The translations under genes and the position numbers were made by a program. A model generated the notes under the pieces. It worked only from the letters and a program-made list of their open reading frames with translations, ran no database searches and was not told where the DNA came from. DNA of 54,316 nt from a bacterium (GTDB taxonomy: Bacteria; CG2-30-53-67; CG2-30-70-394), in contig JAJRSX010000203.1 in the NCBI GenBank assembly GCA_024278555.1, forward strand, positions 1 to 54,316, written 5' to 3'. Shown here one piece after another: positions 51,899 to 54,316 of this stretch (position 1 is its first letter; the number at the start of each line of letters is the position of its first letter).

Positions 51899-53658
51899 CG
51901 TCCCCCCTCCCCGCCGCCGCCGTGGCCCGCCGGACAGCCGAGGCGGGTGAAGTCCTGCTCCACCGCCTCTTCGAGGGTCGCAAAGGCCGCCTCCCCAACC
52001 ACCTCCTCGCCCATGCGCAGGAGACGGCGGTAGCTCTCCAGCGCCGTGATCGTCTCCGGCTCCACCCCGCACTCGAGGGCCTCCTCCGCCAGGTCGAGGA
52101 AGCGCGCCACCACCCGCACCATGGCCGCCTGGCGCGCGGGCGGACAGCGGCCGTCCACCGGCGAGAAGGCGGACTGGCGCAGGAGGGCCTCGTTCACCAG
52201 CCGCGCCTCCACGAGAATCAGCCGCTGGGCCGGCGGCAGCGCCTCGGCGCCGAGGATCCGCGCCATCCGCGCCAGCCGCCGCTCCTCCTCCAGGAGGGTG
52301 AGCATCCGGGTGCGCACCTGCTCCCAGTGGGGCTGGCCGTGGGCCTGCCACCACGGGGCGAGCCGCTCCGCCTCCTCGCTGTACGAGGTGAGCGGGTGGA
52401 TCGCCGGGTAGAAGCGGGCGTGGGCGCGCTCCGTATCCAGGACCCACACGGCACGCACGTAGCGGCGGGTGTGGACCACCACCGGCTCCTCCATGTCGCC
52501 CGACGGCGGGCTCACCGCGCCCAGCAGGGTGACCGACCCCTCGGTGCCGGCCAGGGTCCGCACCCGGGCGGCGCGCTCGTAGAAGTCGGCGAGACGGCTG
52601 GAGAGGTAGGCGGGGTAGCCCGCCTCGCCGGGCAGCTCCCCGAGGCGGCCGGAGACCTCGCGCAGGGCCTCGGCCCAGCGGGAGGTCGAGTCGGCCATCA
52701 CCGCCACGGAGAGCCCCATGTCGCGGAAGTACTCGGCGACGGTGACCCCGGTGTAGATGGAGGCCTCGCGCGCCGCCACCGGCATGTTCGAGGTGTTGGC
52801 GATGATCACCGACCGCTCCATCAGCGGCCTGCCGCTCTGCGGATCCTCCAGCTCCGGCAGCTCCGCCAGCAACCCGGCGAGCTCGTTGCCCCGCTCGCCG
52901 CACCCGACATAGACGATCACGTCCGCGTCGCACCCCTTGGCGAGGGATTCGAGCATCACCGTCTTGCCGGTGCCGAAACCGCCGGGGATCGCCGCCGAGG
53001 CGCCGCGCGCCACCGGCAGGAAGGTGTCGATGATCCGCTGGCCGGTGATCAAAGGCGCGTCCGCGACCAGGCGCGCCGCCACCGGCCGCGGCTCCCGCAC
53101 CGGCCATGGGTGGGCGAGGGAGACCTCGACCTCGTCGCCGGCATCGGCCCGCACGGTGCAGACGGTCGCGTCATCCTGGTACGCCCTGGCCGCCGCCACC
53201 CGCACCACCTCCCCGGCCACCCGCGGCGGCGCCAGGGCGGGCACGGTGCGGCCGCCGACCGCCACCTCCCCGAAGGGGTGGCCGGCGACGAGGCGCTCCC
53301 CCGGCCGCACCGTGGGGGTGAAGGCGAGGGGGGGGGTGGCGCCGGCCGGGGCGCCCGGCCGCACAAAGGGGTCGTCGCCGAGGTGGAGCGGCCGCAGGAG
53401 GCCGTCGAAGGTCCCCCCCAACAGCCCCGGCGACAGGCGCACGGCCAGGGGCGCGCCGCTCCCCTCCACGGTCGCCCCGGGCGCCAGGCCGGTGGTCTCC
53501 TCGTACACCTGCACGACGATCTCCCCCGCCTCCAGACGGACCACCTCGCCGAGGAGGCCGAGATCGCCGACCCGCACCGCCTCGCGCATGGCAAAGGGGG
53601 CCTCGGGCCGCGCCCGCACCACCGGCCCCCCCACCCAGGTGACCCGCGCGGTGCTCAC
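51895..53658 (-). CDS. atpA: V/A-type ATP synthase catalytic subunit A
   Basis: GTG at about 53658 (VSTARVTWVGGPVVRARPE...) in track ORF 51895..53775. Walker A IPGGFGTGKTVM, GCGERGNE and SRWAEALREVSGRLGELPGEAGYPAYL. Confidence 0.9.
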   Translation of the reverse strand: MSTARVTWVGGPVVRARPEAPFAMREAVRVGDLGLLGEVVRLEAGEIVVQVYEETTGLAPGATVEGSGAPLAVRLSPGLLGGTFDGLLRPLHLGDDPFVRPGAPAGATPPLAFTPTVRPGERLVAGHPFGEVAVGGRTVPALAPPRVAGEVVRVAAARAYQDDATVCTVRADAGDEVEVSLAHPWPVREPRPVAARLVADAPLITGQRIIDTFLPVARGASAAIPGGFGTGKTVMLESLAKGCDADVIVYVGCGERGNELAGLLAELPELEDPQSGRPLMERSVIIANTSNMPVAAREASIYTGVTVAEYFRDMGLSVAVMADSTSRWAEALREVSGRLGELPGEAGYPAYLSSRLADFYERAARVRTLAGTEGSVTLLGAVSPPSGDMEEPVVVHTRRYVRAVWVLDTERAHARFYPAIHPLTSYSEEAERLAPWWQAHGQPHWEQVRTRMLTLLEEERRLARMARILGAEALPPAQRLILVEARLVNEALLRQSAFSPVDGRCPPARQAAMVRVVARFLDLAEEALECGVEPETITALESYRRLLRMGEEVVGEAAFATLEEAVEQDFTRLGCPAGHGGGGEGGR

Positions 53659-53872
53659 CCGCCCTCCGCGCCGGTGAGGATCGGCGAAAACAACCACCAC
53701 GGAGAAATCTGATGTCTCGGTGTCATCGGCTGAACAGAGACCCGAAAGCACAACGATCTTGATACGCGAAAACATTCAACATGGGTGCTCTTCCAACAGG
53801 GTGTTCCACGTGGTTTCCCCCCCGTATCCTCGTGCTCCAGCGGGGTGCGGGATGGCGGAACGCTCAAGGCCA

Positions 53873-54316
53873 TTATTCCCGATCCTCGGCAAAGGTGAGG
53901 GCGAGGAGGCGGCCGCCGATCCGATCGCCGTCCGCCAGCAGCGCGGCCGCGGTGGCGTCCACCGTCGCCCCGGCGGCGATGACCCGCACCCCCGCCACGA
54001 TCCGCGCCTCGGCGACAAAGCGCGGCGCCGCCACCACCCGGTGCAGGCCCGCCGCCACCTCGGCCCACTCCGCCGTCTCCCAGCCCACCGGATGGACCAC
54101 CTCCCAGCCACCCGCGGCCAGCCGCGCCGCCGCCGTCTCCGCCGCCCACGCCAGCCACCGGAGGCGGCTCTCCTCCTCCCCCCACCGCGCCGCCAGGGCG
54201 GCGGCCAGGGCCGCCCGGCCGGCCTCCACCACCGCCTGCTGCACCCCCCGTGCCCGCCTCCGCGCCACCGCCGCCACCGCCGCCTCGGCGCACGCCCGCC
54301 GCGCCGCCGCCCGCCT
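53873..54316 (-). CDS. atpE: V/A-type ATP synthase subunit E (5' end outside the window)
   Basis: The reading frame is open to the window edge. It is Ala/Arg-rich helical, then has a C-terminal globular part ...FVAEARIVAGVRVIAAGATVDATAAALLADGDRIGGRLLALTF resembling the E-subunit terminus. Position upstream of atpA. Confidence 0.6.
   Translation of the reverse strand, partial: RRAAARRACAEAAVAAVARRRARGVQQAVVEAGRAALAAALAARWGEEESRLRWLAWAAETAAARLAAGGWEVVHPVGWETAEWAEVAAGLHRVVAAPRFVAEARIVAGVRVIAAGATVDATAAALLADGDRIGGRLLALTFAEDRE

Noticed and set aside
51867-51960. Apparent 1-nt offset between my hand-read coordinates and the ORF track around the atpA/atpB junction.
   Set aside because: It is most likely a reading error on my side at a line boundary, because track ORFs on both sides close correctly. 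Track coordinates were used, and no frameshift or pseudogene is claimed.

Overview
High-GC (about 68-70% by eye) bacterial chromosomal window. All family calls come from motif recognition in the translated ORFs; no database search was run. Coordinates I derived by hand may be off by 1-2 nt. I saw a 1-nt disagreement between my reading and the ORF track near 51.87-51.96 kb, so ORF ends follow the track.

Layout:
- 1-8.1 kb: chemosensory cluster. cheR-cheA-STAS-cheY lie on the minus strand; HDOD-cheY-cheX-CheC/REC lie on the plus strand.
- 8.5-26.4 kb: housekeeping and membrane genes. These are class II RNR nrdJ, recO, a pentahaem cytochrome c, tRNA-Pro and tRNA-Arg, trmFO, small conserved proteins, a BASS transporter, a YejM-like sulfatase, a hybrid histidine kinase, a pentapeptide/K+-channel fusion, a second HDOD gene and V-type ATPase subunit D.
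- 26733-50105: a 23.4-kb Mu-type transposable prophage with a Mu-like head module and a P2-like tail module.
- 50.5-54.3 kb: V-type ATPase B, A and E.

Main result: the prophage ends can be placed to the base. It has 5'-TG...CA-3' termini, a 5-bp GCGAC target duplication and matching subterminal TGCGAAG boxes. It inserted into a roughly 460-bp MITE-like repeat in the atpB-atpD spacer. It keeps an intact, translationally coupled structural operon (about 33 ORFs) and a Mor-like activator. It has no transposase, MuB, repressor, lysis cassette or terminase. It is either a recent internal-deletion derivative or a domesticated particle-forming element.

Dispersed REP and MITE repeat families are also mapped, including one perfect host REP unit inside the prophage.
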